From positions 1-64,000 of IMG/VR virus record IMGVR_UViG_3300020577_004280: 64,000 nucleotides of DNA. One strand, 5' to 3'. Position numbers and translations under genes: made by a program. Source of the DNA: a virus (taxonomy: Duplodnaviria > Caudoviricetes). Below, in pieces: positions 1 through 10,028 of the stretch. Under the pieces are notes generated by a model. It was not told where the DNA came from. It saw only the letters and a program-made list of their open reading frames with translations, and did not search any database. Numbering within the stretch: position 1 is the first letter of the stretch; each line of letters opens with the position of its first letter.

Positions 1-221
1 ATTACTATGGTAGAAAGTGTCTTATCTCAATTGCTACGATAGCAATCCATACTACAACGACATTAGTATCTGCCGGTAGAGATGGTATTTTTGATACGTC
101 TGATGATATCCTAAAATATAAGGTTAACTATAATAAAAGTCGTATTATTGGTAGATGGGTTGGTCGCAAGAGTAAACAATTCGGTAAGGGTTTAATCGAA
201 GGGTTGCAAAATGAAAACTAA
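1..221 (+). CDS. 5'-partial protein with GspG/pseudopilin-like C-terminal motif
   Basis: Open frame from position 3 to TAA at 219-221 reads ...YYGRK...LVSAGRDGIFDTSDDI..., resembling the SAGxDGxxxTxDDI motif of T2SS-G-like proteins. Confidence 0.5.
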   Translation, partial: YYGRKCLISIATIAIHTTTTLVSAGRDGIFDTSDDILKYKVNYNKSRIIGRWVGRKSKQFGKGLIEGLQNEN

Positions 222-354
222 AGAAATAGTATGGTATGTTGTGCTTTTCGTAGCAATTGTTATAGTCACGTCTTTTGTGCGTGATTATGAACGTGTTAAA
301 ATGGCAGACGTAATCATTAACAGAATGATTGAACGTGGTATTATTAGAAAGTAA
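211..354 (+). CDS. small membrane protein (47 aa)
   Basis: MKTKEIVWYVVLFVAIVIVTSFV..., one hydrophobic stretch, overlaps previous stop. Confidence 0.5.
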   Translation: MKTKEIVWYVVLFVAIVIVTSFVRDYERVKMADVIINRMIERGIIRK

Positions 355-360
355 ACTATC

Positions 361-1302
361 ATGAAATTTTCCTTATATATTACTGGCGGTGGTACTGGTG
401 TAATTCCACTACTCTTGGATAAAGGTGGTGCATCAAAATATCTATATGATATTCAGGTGCCTTATAATTGCGAGGCTGTTGACGAACTAATCGGCCGTCA
501 GCCAAAATATTGTTCCGAAGATGTTGCTAGAAAATTAGCGTTCGCGGCTTATAATAATATGTTATACGACCGCGTAAATTTTGGGATTGGGGTTACAGCA
601 TCGCTAAGAAAATCAAATGAAAGAGAGGGTAGAGAAAATCTGGGTTATGTATGCGTGGTGGATAATGACGGTGTTTTTATGTACAAAAAACTTATATTCA
701 CCCAGAAAACAAGAAAAGAACAAGAAGATGCCTTAACAAATTTTTTATATGAAATCATTTTACTATCAGTTTTTCACAAGTATAGATATACGCAGGAAGT
801 ATTTGACGCGTTTAATAATGGTGGGTGCTATTTTATTCCAGTAAATAACCATACGCCTTGCGGCGCTATCTATTCCGGTTCGTTCAACCCATTACATGAT
901 GGGCATAGAGCTATTATAAATCATCATGTTAAACACTATGGACCATTAGATATAGAGATTTCTTATGATAATGCCGATAAAGGTCAAATCTCATTCTATG
1001 AATTATTAGAGCGTGTGCAACAAGACTTTGGAAATATTAACGGTATTTGGCTAACTAATATTCCTAAGTTCGTGGGCAAATATACATATTTAGAATTTAA
1101 TGGTATTAGACCAGATTTTGTTATGGGTTCAGATACATATAACAGAATTCCAGATGATGAATTGCGACTTCTAGGAAATACGCACATTTATATTTACGAA
1201 AGAAGTAATGTATATGTTAAAAAGATAAATAACGATAGGCATCGAATAGTAAAGAATTTTCTCGGTGTCAACATTAGTTCAACAGAATTGAGGTCGCAAT
1301 GA
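361..1302 (+). CDS. CinA-like / nicotinate-nucleotide adenylyltransferase (NadD-like) fusion
   Basis: N-terminal GGAS...CSEDVARKLA CinA-like region; C-terminal SGSFNPLHDGH (HxGH), MGSDT and ISST motifs. Confidence 0.7.
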   Translation: MKFSLYITGGGTGVIPLLLDKGGASKYLYDIQVPYNCEAVDELIGRQPKYCSEDVARKLAFAAYNNMLYDRVNFGIGVTASLRKSNEREGRENLGYVCVVDNDGVFMYKKLIFTQKTRKEQEDALTNFLYEIILLSVFHKYRYTQEVFDAFNNGGCYFIPVNNHTPCGAIYSGSFNPLHDGHRAIINHHVKHYGPLDIEISYDNADKGQISFYELLERVQQDFGNINGIWLTNIPKFVGKYTYLEFNGIRPDFVMGSDTYNRIPDDELRLLGNTHIYIYERSNVYVKKINNDRHRIVKNFLGVNISSTELRSQ

Positions 1303-1427
1303 TATACACAACCTGCGTCATGCTTGCTATTGTCATAATTTTGTCTTTTGTGTTTACGCTCATCTATAATGAGAGAAATTGAGATGTATGATAAAATTGT
1401 GTATAATGATACAAGAAAGGTAGATTA

Positions 1428-1817
1428 ATGAAATACTACAAAGTAGTTAAAAGAAACGGTAAACAATTATACTCAGTATCAGCTAGTATGTGGAGTGATA
1501 TATTTATCACTAATCCACAACGGTTTAACTTAGAGTATACGGTTGGAAAATTAGTATATCCTAAAGTTGATGGTAGTAAGATTTTCTGCTTTTCCAAGCT
1601 TGATTCCGCGAAACAGTTTCTTAGCGAGAACCATCGTTGTGAAATTTATGAGTGTTTGGTTTTAAATCCAACTAATAAATCATATTACTGCTCTAGCCTA
1701 GGTCGTATTGACGATATATTTGATAAGAAGAAAGATATAGGATTCGAGGATATCAGTATAGTGTACCCGAATACTATTTTTTGTGATGCTGTTTGTTTAG
1801 TTAAGCGAGTGGTATAG
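1428..1817 (+). CDS. phage protein, YYKVV paralog family
   Basis: YYKVV...KIFCFSKL...IYECL...FCDAV motif shared with five other ORFs in the window. Confidence 0.6.
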   Translation: MKYYKVVKRNGKQLYSVSASMWSDIFITNPQRFNLEYTVGKLVYPKVDGSKIFCFSKLDSAKQFLSENHRCEIYECLVLNPTNKSYYCSSLGRIDDIFDKKKDIGFEDISIVYPNTIFCDAVCLVKRVV

Positions 1818-1819
1818 CT

Positions 1820-2683
1820 ATGAGTAACGCTTCATACTTCGAAAAATTTAAACTAGGTAATAGTATCCCGTCGTTTGTTGAAACCAATACACAGTATCTA
1901 ACTATTGGTGGTAGCTACAGTTACGGTACTAATATGGACTTGTCCGATATTGATGTTACAGGATTTTGTATTCCGCCGAAGCAATATCTGTTTCCAGAAG
2001 TTATATACGGTTATGACTCTATTCCTATTTTTGATGAATGGCAACAACATCACGTTGAATATAAAGATAGAAGCTATGACTTTAAGGTATTCTCTATAAC
2101 TAAACTCTTCACGTTACTGCGTAATGGTAATCCGAATATTATTGATATGATGTATACAGATAGGGACTGTGTATTGTACAGTACACCAATAGCCGAAATG
2201 GTTAGAGCTAAACGGGAAATTTTCCTTTCTAAGTTATGTGTACCAAAGTTTAGAGGATATGCTTACGCGGAGCTAAAAAATGTACACAACAAAAAGACTG
2301 GACAACGTAAAGAATTGGTAGAAAAATTCGGATTTGACACGAAAAACTGTGGACACGTAGTTCGCCTATTGTTAGAATGTGAACAAATTCTACTTAATCA
2401 TTATCTTGATTTACGCCGAGATAAAGAGTTTATTAAGAATATCAGGCAAGGCAACTGGACTTTACAACAAGTACAGGATTTCTTTAACTCTAAGGAACAA
2501 TATCTAATTGAGTTAGAGCAAAATAGTAAACTACGTGATAAACCAGATGATGTGGCTATTCGTCAGCTATTAATTGATTGCTTAGAACAACACTACGGTT
2601 CAATTTCCAAATACATTGGCGTAGCCAATGATAAATACGTTAACGCGATAAAAGATATTCAGAGGATTGTAAATACCTTATAA
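1820..2683 (+). CDS. Pol-beta superfamily nucleotidyltransferase (RlaP/YcgL-like)
   Basis: GSYSYGTNMDLSDIDVTG (GS...DxD), GNPNIIDM, HVVRLLLE. Confidence 0.8.
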   Translation: MSNASYFEKFKLGNSIPSFVETNTQYLTIGGSYSYGTNMDLSDIDVTGFCIPPKQYLFPEVIYGYDSIPIFDEWQQHHVEYKDRSYDFKVFSITKLFTLLRNGNPNIIDMMYTDRDCVLYSTPIAEMVRAKREIFLSKLCVPKFRGYAYAELKNVHNKKTGQRKELVEKFGFDTKNCGHVVRLLLECEQILLNHYLDLRRDKEFIKNIRQGNWTLQQVQDFFNSKEQYLIELEQNSKLRDKPDDVAIRQLLIDCLEQHYGSISKYIGVANDKYVNAIKDIQRIVNTL

Positions 2684-2744
2684 TATTTACTTATATAGGA
2701 GTCTTATTAACAACTATTACTCTAGATTAGGAGATTTATCTACT

Positions 2745-3563
2745 ATGGAACCAACTTTACTCGGTTTTAAAAACGGTACAAAATTTTATCTCAGTACAAA
2801 CAAAGAATCATCTCGTATACTTAAATATATTGACGGAAAATGGCAAATGTGGAATGATAAAATTCTAATTGACTGTTTATCTGATATTAAAGAATCACAA
2901 TGTGAAAAAATTGATAATAATTTATCTATTAGATATGGTTATGGTCTATCGGTAAGCGATACCTATATTTCGATTATAAGGAAGTATAACATGTATTACA
3001 AAGTTCTTACAAACACTATGGAATCAATCGCTAGTAAGTATACACATACTCCAAGTTATTCCCATAAGGTACGCTATTCATTAAATACTTGGACATTCCC
3101 AACTAAACTAGGTAGTGGATTATTTGTATTTAATACACTTGAAGCAGCCGAACAAGCTATTGAAGAAAACGATTGGGATAATGGTGGCTGTCAAATCTTT
3201 GAGTGTGAATGTCATGGTGAAATCTCTAAAGATACACTAGATGTAGACGCTTGGAAACCAAGTCATATTAATTCTGACATTATGAAAAACAGTAGTATAT
3301 TCTTAGGTGTTAAACTTATCAAAAAGGTTGTGAAAGAAGATAAAATTCTTAGAGAAGGTGATAAGTTTATCTGGACTTCGGTTGGTGATTCTAATGTTGT
3401 ATTGGCACAGTCTAGCAAGAATAAGTTTATGGTATTTCAGTCTTGTGATATGAATAGTATAACCACAGATACTATCGACGGTGAAAATTTTACTCACGGT
3501 GTTTCTTGGTCTAGATTGGAAGAGTTTGCTAAAAACCACAACGCTACAATTAGAAAGGAATAA
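2745..3563 (+). CDS. phage protein with internal YYKV paralog domain
   Basis: MYYKVL...WTFP...LFVFNTLEAA...IFECEC. Confidence 0.55.
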   Translation: MEPTLLGFKNGTKFYLSTNKESSRILKYIDGKWQMWNDKILIDCLSDIKESQCEKIDNNLSIRYGYGLSVSDTYISIIRKYNMYYKVLTNTMESIASKYTHTPSYSHKVRYSLNTWTFPTKLGSGLFVFNTLEAAEQAIEENDWDNGGCQIFECECHGEISKDTLDVDAWKPSHINSDIMKNSSIFLGVKLIKKVVKEDKILREGDKFIWTSVGDSNVVLAQSSKNKFMVFQSCDMNSITTDTIDGENFTHGVSWSRLEEFAKNHNATIRKE

Positions 3564-4561
3564 TGATGACTTCAACACATGAAGTACCAGTAATGGTTTT
3601 AGACGTAATCGAAAAACATCCTAACGCGGACAAGCTTGGTATATTTCGACCATTCGGTAGTTATACTGTAGTTATCGCGTTGGATTGTTGGAAAGAAGGT
3701 GATTTGGTAGCTTATATACAACCTGATAGTATTGTGGATACTTCACGCCCAGAATTCGCTTTCCTTGCTGTAGAAGGTAAGGATAAAATGAGACGGGTGA
3801 CGGTAAAGAAACTACGTCAAGTATATAGTCAAGGTTGCCTTGTACCTGCACCAGAAGGTAGCAAAGTTGGTGATGATGTTGCGACTATTCTTGGTGTAGA
3901 ACATTGGAATCCACCAGAAGAAGTTGGTGGTACAAAAGGTAATATTGATTCTACGCCAAAAGAATTTGCGTATCTAACTAAGTATGACTTGGACACATAC
4001 CACAAATACTGGAGAACAATGGTAGATGGAGAAATTGTAAATGTAACAGAAAAACTCCACGGCAGCCAAATGAAAATTGGTTGTATTAACGGAGAGGTAT
4101 ATGTTGGTGGTAGAAATTTCTGGATGAAAGAAGACGTTGCTAATATCTACTGGACAGCGTTCAACAACGACCAATCACTAAAAGAATTTATCCTTAATAA
4201 CCAGAACGTAGTTCTGTATGGTGAAGTCTATGGTAAAGTACAAAAGAATTTCCATTACGACGCTAAACCCGGTAATGTAAAATTCCGAGCGTTCGATATA
4301 CGTAGACCAGATGGTACATACCTAGATGTTGCACAATTACATGAGTTATGTATTGAATATAGTGTTCCTTTAGTGCCACAGCTAGGAAATATACCATTTA
4401 ACAAGGATGAGATGGAAAAGTTAGCTGAAGAACCCAGCTTATTGGGTAACTGCCCATGTCGTGAAGGTATTGTAATTAAACCGATAGTAGAACGCGCCAA
4501 TAAGTGGATTGGTCGCACTATTCTTAAACTTGTGTCAAATAAATATTTGGAGAAATCATAA
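3563..4561 (+). CDS. RNA ligase, DRB0094/Rnl5 family
   Basis: N-terminal HPNADKL OB-like domain, motif I TEKLHGS, YGEVYG, FDI, REGIVIK, LKLVSNKYL. Confidence 0.88.
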   Translation: MMTSTHEVPVMVLDVIEKHPNADKLGIFRPFGSYTVVIALDCWKEGDLVAYIQPDSIVDTSRPEFAFLAVEGKDKMRRVTVKKLRQVYSQGCLVPAPEGSKVGDDVATILGVEHWNPPEEVGGTKGNIDSTPKEFAYLTKYDLDTYHKYWRTMVDGEIVNVTEKLHGSQMKIGCINGEVYVGGRNFWMKEDVANIYWTAFNNDQSLKEFILNNQNVVLYGEVYGKVQKNFHYDAKPGNVKFRAFDIRRPDGTYLDVAQLHELCIEYSVPLVPQLGNIPFNKDEMEKLAEEPSLLGNCPCREGIVIKPIVERANKWIGRTILKLVSNKYLEKS

Positions 4562-4941
4562 TGGATACAATTATTGCTTATAAAAAATTAATACGCGGAA
4601 ACCAATCACTTAATGGAGTTTATGACTTTACGCTTAATTACTCATTAAATGAATGGGTTTATCCAGTCAGAGGTACAGACGGGTTATTTGTATTCGATAC
4701 ATTGGAAAATGCAATAAATTTTAGATATGGAACATATATATATAAATGCGAGATTCTTAATCCTAGAAAGATTAAAATGATTGTCGATGTTCCTAATACC
4801 CGATTGGAAAATATAGATAAAGCAATATTGGATTTTTGGCACATGAGAAAAAAGAAACAAAAATATGACGTATGTAGCACGTATGTGCCAAAAGGCACTT
4901 TGTTGTGTGATGGTGTAAAATTACTAGAACAGGTGTATTAA
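4561..4941 (+). CDS. phage protein, YYKVV paralog family
   Basis: AYKKL...WVYP...LFVFDTLENA...IYKCE...LCDGVKL. Confidence 0.6.
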   Translation: MDTIIAYKKLIRGNQSLNGVYDFTLNYSLNEWVYPVRGTDGLFVFDTLENAINFRYGTYIYKCEILNPRKIKMIVDVPNTRLENIDKAILDFWHMRKKKQKYDVCSTYVPKGTLLCDGVKLLEQVY

Positions 4942-4985
4942 TTAAGAGTAATCTTACTAATTTTGCTAATTTTTCCTTAATAGGC

Positions 4986-5014
4986 TTGACATTCTACCGC
5001 TTTCATGGTAAGAT
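4986..5014 (+). promoter_or_regulatory. sigma70-type promoter
   Basis: TTGACA-17 nt-TAAGAT with TG extension; upstream TAATTTTGCTA element shared with the promoter at 37229. Confidence 0.7.
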
Positions 5015-5089
5015 GGTGAGACCGACGCGGAAATTCTTGTTGTTTTTCGTCTGGTATCGCAAATAATTTTTGTTATAAGGAGAGTAAAA

Positions 5090-5431
5090 ATGAATATTGA
5101 TGAACTTCGTAAGAATGGTAATCGTGTGCGTGTATGTCACTTGCGACGTGTATTGACTATGGAAATCCATCGTAATAAGTTCCGACAAGTAGAACGGTTT
5201 ATGAGTCGTAGTGAAATTGAAGAACTAGAAGCTCGTAAGATTCCACATATTGTATCTTTGTTTGGTGGTTTTACACGAGTGGAGATTACATCACCAGATG
5301 GCGATGCTTATATTGGTACAGCGATAGAATCCAGGCGATATCAATTTAATCGTAAGATTGCATTGAAAACCGCTGTTGGTCGTGCTATGAAGAAAATGTC
5401 AGCAACTACGCAACTTGCAGTTGCAAACTAA
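5090..5431 (+). CDS. hypothetical protein
   Basis: 113 aa ORF with AAGGAG RBS downstream of promoter. Confidence 0.7.
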   Translation: MNIDELRKNGNRVRVCHLRRVLTMEIHRNKFRQVERFMSRSEIEELEARKIPHIVSLFGGFTRVEITSPDGDAYIGTAIESRRYQFNRKIALKTAVGRAMKKMSATTQLAVAN

Positions 5432-5470
5432 TTAAAGATACGTTTCGCGATGTTCGTATAAATCGCATAT

Positions 5471-5560
5471 ACCCCAATAGCATAACAGTAGTGCAGCCGA
5501 CTTATAATCGGTTTAAGTTCTGATAAAGCCAAGGTCTCCGTGCAACTCGGAGTTGGGGGT
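5471..5560 (+). tRNA. tRNA-Ile(UAU) with long variable region
   Basis: acceptor ACCCCAA/TTGGGGG, anticodon arm GCCGA-CTTATAA-TCGGT, T arm CTCCG-TGCAACT-CGGAG. Confidence 0.8.
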
Positions 5561-5592
5561 ACTTTCTTTAAAATTATAAAGATTGGAAAGAA

Positions 5593-6111
5593 TTGAGAAT
5601 GCAATTAGCTTACGAAAATCTAACTAAGATTACACCGTTTTATTGTGGAGTATTTTCTAACTGGTATCGTTCGGGTGATTTTTATTACTATTTTCTCTTA
5701 CAGCCGCATACATATAACGTTGTAAACTGTGCCGAACAGGGTATGATGCTTAGTAAAGCTGAGTTGTTTAAAGATTATGAAACATATGATAAAATTAGAC
5801 AAGCGAAACATCCTAGAGAACAAAAAGCATTAGGTAGAACAGTTAAAGGTTTCGACCAAGCAAAATGGAACGCTGTCGCTCGACATATTATGTTCTCAAT
5901 TTGTTATCAAAAGTTTTTACAAGTCGGTATCCAAGACGATTTATTTAAAACTCGCGGTACACTTCTAGTAGAAGCCAGTCCTACAGATTGTATCTGGGGA
6001 GTAGGTTTAGCAGAAGATAACCAGGATATTTATGATAAGTCTAAGTGGCGTGGTACTAATTGGTTAGGTGAAGTTTTAACCGACGTTCGTATTTCGATGA
6101 TTGGAGCATAG
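5593..6111 (+). CDS. NADAR (YbiA-like) protein
   Basis: FSNWY, AEQGMM..KAELF.D, KALGRTV.GFD, LVEASPTDCIWGVG, WRGTNWLG. Confidence 0.92.
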   Translation: MRMQLAYENLTKITPFYCGVFSNWYRSGDFYYYFLLQPHTYNVVNCAEQGMMLSKAELFKDYETYDKIRQAKHPREQKALGRTVKGFDQAKWNAVARHIMFSICYQKFLQVGIQDDLFKTRGTLLVEASPTDCIWGVGLAEDNQDIYDKSKWRGTNWLGEVLTDVRISMIGA

Positions 6112-6113
6112 TA

Positions 6114-6512
6114 ATGTACAAAGTGGTCTGTAATATCGATGGTAAACTTAACTCGGCTTATGTTCATAGTATTAATGAACTGAATATTGAATACGAGGTT
6201 GGCAAATGGACTTGGCCCAAGATTGATAATACTAAAATATTTGTATTTAGTCAGTTATTGGACGCTCGCAGATTTACTTATCACAATTCATGGCAGTTAA
6301 CTGGTTTACAAATTTATCTTTGTTCAACATTAAATCCAGTATACCATTATAATAAATACGCTAAAGGATTACAAAAACTAGAAAACTTTATCTCTTTATG
6401 GAAATCTCAAAATAAACGTGCGTTAGTAGAATATCTGGAACATAATAATGAGAATTGTGCTTGGAATACAGCGTATTGTGATGCAATTAAATTAATCAAA
6501 CGAGTTGGATAA
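6114..6512 (+). CDS. phage protein, YYKVV paralog family
   Basis: MYKVV...GKWTWP...KIFVFSQL...YCDAIKL. Confidence 0.6.
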   Translation: MYKVVCNIDGKLNSAYVHSINELNIEYEVGKWTWPKIDNTKIFVFSQLLDARRFTYHNSWQLTGLQIYLCSTLNPVYHYNKYAKGLQKLENFISLWKSQNKRALVEYLEHNNENCAWNTAYCDAIKLIKRVG

Positions 6513-6934
6513 TGAAAATTATTGACAATTCAATACAACTAGCAAAATCCTTGTTTTCCAACGCGTATGCTAGTAAGCGTGGGTATCAATCATTTCACTT
6601 CTGTTTTGCCTACGAGCGTAATAAATTAGTATCTATTGGTCAAAATATCACTCACTGTCACAATATTAAAGCAATTAAGTTTGCTAATAAATTTGGATGT
6701 GTGGAGCCATATAGAAAATATTTTCTTCACGCTGAGATTGACTGTATATCTAAGATGTATGGTAGGCACTATATCAGTAGTAGAACAAAATTTATTGTTC
6801 TTCGCCTGAACAGTTCAGGAGAACTGTGTAATAGTAAGCCGTGTCCAAACTGTCAAATAGTGCTTGACGCTTTTAACGTTGGTAGAGTTTGGTATTCAAA
6901 CGAGAAAGGTGAGATTGAATATATTTGTTCTTGA
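6512..6934 (+). CDS. zinc-dependent cytidine/nucleotide deaminase-like protein
   Basis: LHAEID...SKPCPNC. Confidence 0.8.
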   Translation: MKIIDNSIQLAKSLFSNAYASKRGYQSFHFCFAYERNKLVSIGQNITHCHNIKAIKFANKFGCVEPYRKYFLHAEIDCISKMYGRHYISSRTKFIVLRLNSSGELCNSKPCPNCQIVLDAFNVGRVWYSNEKGEIEYICS

Positions 6935-7406
6935 CTTAGACCATAGAACTAACGTATCATATTACATAGACAAACATATAGTTAAACAAACATTGGAGGC
7001 GGCACAGTTATTGTGTTCTGCTCGTAATGTAGTGGGTGATGGTAAAGGTCAATATAAAACCGCACACAAAAATCATCCATGTACTATATGGGCTAGAACG
7101 TCATCAGCTAACTATCGCTGGCTATGTGAGTTAGGAATAGAGATAGGCAATGAATATACTTTTAGGTACGGCAAACGTCACAAATCTCTCGATGTTATCC
7201 TCGATTGTTATTGTAATATACCTAGTGTGGATGGGTTATTCACACTACCGCCGTCATGTATGAAGCCAGAATTTATTATTGGTGACAACGTAGTTGAGAA
7301 CTACAGAAATTATTACATAAAAGGCAAACAAATTGATAAAAATGGTAAGTCTATGTTAAAATGGACAAAACGAGAAAGGCCGTGGTGGTATACATGTACG
7401 AACTAG
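6915..7406 (+). CDS. pyrimidine-dimer DNA glycosylase / DenV-like protein
   Basis: MNIFVLD (TTG start), DKHIVKQ.LE.AQLL, HKNHPCTIWAR, RYGKRH, WTKRERPWW. Confidence 0.8.
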   Translation: MNIFVLDLDHRTNVSYYIDKHIVKQTLEAAQLLCSARNVVGDGKGQYKTAHKNHPCTIWARTSSANYRWLCELGIEIGNEYTFRYGKRHKSLDVILDCYCNIPSVDGLFTLPPSCMKPEFIIGDNVVENYRNYYIKGKQIDKNGKSMLKWTKRERPWWYTCTN

Positions 7407-8326
7407 ACTACATTAAAACAGCTATTCCTAAGATTGAAGCTTTACTTATAAGTAAGGATGCGGAAATTGCCAAGCTAAAGAACAGTGATTTTGGGAAGTT
7501 TAAGAAGTATGTTAGTAATTCTGGTGCTTGGTCTGAATACAAAGGTATCAATGAGGTTACTGCCGGATATTGGTTAGGTAAGAGTAGACCATATAGTAAT
7601 CCAACAGAAGCTTTAGAGGCATTAGAATTAACTTATATTAAAGCACAAGAAATAGACAACAAAAACATTGAAATTAGTCAGCATAATAATTTACTACGCG
7701 AAAAACTGATTATGTTGTGCGAGTCTACAGGACTCAAAAAAACCAAACGGCAACTAAAAAAACGTAGTTATACTAAGTATGAAGATGTGGACGAGGCGTG
7801 GTATGCTGGATTAAGACATGCTGGTATCAGTAATGGTAATACCGGGCATAGAGATAGTAAGGTTTTTTATACAAACGAAAAAGCTAAAATTGAAAAATGG
7901 AAACAAGAAATAGAAGCTGAAAGACTAGCTAAGGAAAAAGAAGAGGCTGCTAAAAAAGCTGAGAGAGAGAAAAACCTGAATCTAGGATATTTAATTACTA
8001 AATATAAACTGGATAAAGATTGCGAAGAGTATGAAATTCTGGATACTATCTTAGATAAGTGTAAATATCTTAAATTAGCCCATTATCTACAAAAAAATAG
8101 AAATGACTGGAATGATGGGCCAGATTATGCTCAACTCGGATTAGCTGGTTTTACAGCTAGTTCATCAACAGATGAAGCTATTTATAGAGAAATTTATAGA
8201 TTGATTAATGATTGGGATGGTGACGGTAGGTGTTTTAAAGATTATGAATGGAATTACAGTAAATTGTTCGCTATGGTAGATGAAGATTTGTTTTCAGATT
8301 ACACCAAGGCTATCGCGTTGGTGTGA
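7361..8326 (+). CDS. hypothetical protein
   Basis: 321 aa ORF with a coiled-coil segment. Confidence 0.7.
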   Translation: MDKTRKAVVVYMYELDYIKTAIPKIEALLISKDAEIAKLKNSDFGKFKKYVSNSGAWSEYKGINEVTAGYWLGKSRPYSNPTEALEALELTYIKAQEIDNKNIEISQHNNLLREKLIMLCESTGLKKTKRQLKKRSYTKYEDVDEAWYAGLRHAGISNGNTGHRDSKVFYTNEKAKIEKWKQEIEAERLAKEKEEAAKKAEREKNLNLGYLITKYKLDKDCEEYEILDTILDKCKYLKLAHYLQKNRNDWNDGPDYAQLGLAGFTASSSTDEAIYREIYRLINDWDGDGRCFKDYEWNYSKLFAMVDEDLFSDYTKAIALV

Positions 8327-8961
8327 GAATAAGGAGAATAAAAATGACAAATAAGAAATATTACAAAGTTGTGTATAAAAATAAATACAATGTTTTAAGG
8401 GCTTATAATCGGAGTTTTGAGTATAAACCAAAAACCTGGCATGATAAGTCAGAAACAGTAAATAAGACGGCGTTTTTTGTATTTACTACACTAAAGGCTG
8501 CGGAAGAATTTGATAGTGGAGAAGAAACAAAAGAGATATGGGAATGCCAAATTGTTAATCCTCATGAATATGAATCGATATTAAAACGATATATTTTATC
8601 GTATAAAACCGATGCTGTTTTCTGCGATAAAGTCAAACTAACTAATCGTATACCAAAAAGTACTGCGTTTCCTCAGATTGAACTAGAAAACGGAATGATA
8701 TTTCGTATCAAGGGTAAGAAACAATATTTACAATATCTAACGGATGTTCCTACAGAATCAATTGGATTACACTATCTTGGCGGTAAAAGTCACGGATTAT
8801 TATATCACTCAATTCCAGACTGGGAAAATGTGGGCGATATTTTATACGGTTATTGTAATGGTGATTTGGTATACTGTCCGGGATATAAGGCCAGAGTTAC
8901 AGTTGATATTATCAAGCCTACTCCGAAGGCTAGTAAATCGGTTGGGAAAGTGAAAAAGTAA
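8323..8961 (+). CDS. phage protein, YYKVV paralog family
   Basis: KYYKVV...FFVFTTLKAA...IWECQ...FCDKVKL. Confidence 0.6.
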   Translation: MRIRRIKMTNKKYYKVVYKNKYNVLRAYNRSFEYKPKTWHDKSETVNKTAFFVFTTLKAAEEFDSGEETKEIWECQIVNPHEYESILKRYILSYKTDAVFCDKVKLTNRIPKSTAFPQIELENGMIFRIKGKKQYLQYLTDVPTESIGLHYLGGKSHGLLYHSIPDWENVGDILYGYCNGDLVYCPGYKARVTVDIIKPTPKASKSVGKVKK

Positions 8962-8962
8962 T

Positions 8963-9217
8963 ATGCTATTAGAATGTGGATGTACCCCAAACTCATACTT
9001 AAGCGGTAAACCCGTATGTGCTATCCATTTACAACTTACTACCGGAGCTACAAAGCTAGTAGAAGAAATTCCTACAGAATTACTAACCCGTATGGCTAGA
9101 TGTGGATACTGTGGTTCAGAAGCTGCAAGTAAAGATTACAAAAATTTAGCTTTTTTCCAATATAAGCCAAATCAGAAAACCGATAACTACTATTGTGGCT
9201 GTCGTGGTTTTGATTGA
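8963..9217 (+). CDS. small Cys-rich (zinc-binding) protein
   Basis: CGC, CAIH, CGYC, YCGCRGFD. Confidence 0.6.
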   Translation: MLLECGCTPNSYLSGKPVCAIHLQLTTGATKLVEEIPTELLTRMARCGYCGSEAASKDYKNLAFFQYKPNQKTDNYYCGCRGFD

Positions 9218-9528
9218 CGTTTTTGTCTGTCTGGCATAGCATCGATAATATACAAATATTGGATTTATGTATGCAAGAATATTTTTGTATAGAAGATATT
9301 ATCTATCGCGATAAACCAAACTACGCGTACTTTACTGGATTAACTATCTCAAACAATATGAAACGTCACCATAATATAGATGGGTGGCTATGTATTTCTG
9401 GAGTATTACCAGATGGTAGGACTATTCAGTTATATGATATATGGTGTGGTTTTCATTATAAATATCGCGACAATATCGAGTTAATTTTATTAAAAACCTG
9501 TCAAGAGATTGGAGTTGAGTTAAAATGA
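9214..9528 (+). CDS. hypothetical protein
   Basis: 104 aa ORF, coupled overlaps with both neighbours. Confidence 0.55.
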   Translation: MTFLSVWHSIDNIQILDLCMQEYFCIEDIIYRDKPNYAYFTGLTISNNMKRHHNIDGWLCISGVLPDGRTIQLYDIWCGFHYKYRDNIELILLKTCQEIGVELK

Positions 9529-10028
9529 TTAGCTATCACAAGGGTAATTTGTTCGATAATCTTAGTAAAGATAAAAAGAACGTGGTATTGCATGTCGTGA
9601 ACGACCACGGTGGATTCGGCTCGGGATTCGCCGGGGTCACAGCTAAACTATATCCATCTGTACAACAAGCGTATTACGAGTTAGCTACAAAAGGAAAGTA
9701 CGGTAATGTTACATTTAAACTAGGTCAGGTACAATTTGTCAAAACTAAAGAAGATTCTAATGTAGTGTTTGGTAATTTAATCAGTCAGTCCGTTCCGGGA
9801 GGTCATAAATTTAACATCAATGGACAAAAGGTATACTATCCGCCGTTTCGCCCAGACAGCTTTAGAGAGTGTATGTATAGGGTTGTAGAAGCTTGTCAAG
9901 GTAAAAATTTAAATATCGTTTGCCCTTTAATGGGATGTGGACTATCTGGCTCTACAAAAGAAGTGGTATTTGGCATTGTGGAAGAAGTGTGTAGTAAGGA
10001 GTTAGACATAACAGTATATGAAATTTAA
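9525..10028 (+). CDS. macrodomain (ADP-ribose binding/hydrolase) protein
   Basis: KGNLF...HVVNDHGGFGSGFA...PLMGCGLSG. Confidence 0.85.
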   Translation: MISYHKGNLFDNLSKDKKNVVLHVVNDHGGFGSGFAGVTAKLYPSVQQAYYELATKGKYGNVTFKLGQVQFVKTKEDSNVVFGNLISQSVPGGHKFNINGQKVYYPPFRPDSFRECMYRVVEACQGKNLNIVCPLMGCGLSGSTKEVVFGIVEEVCSKELDITVYEI

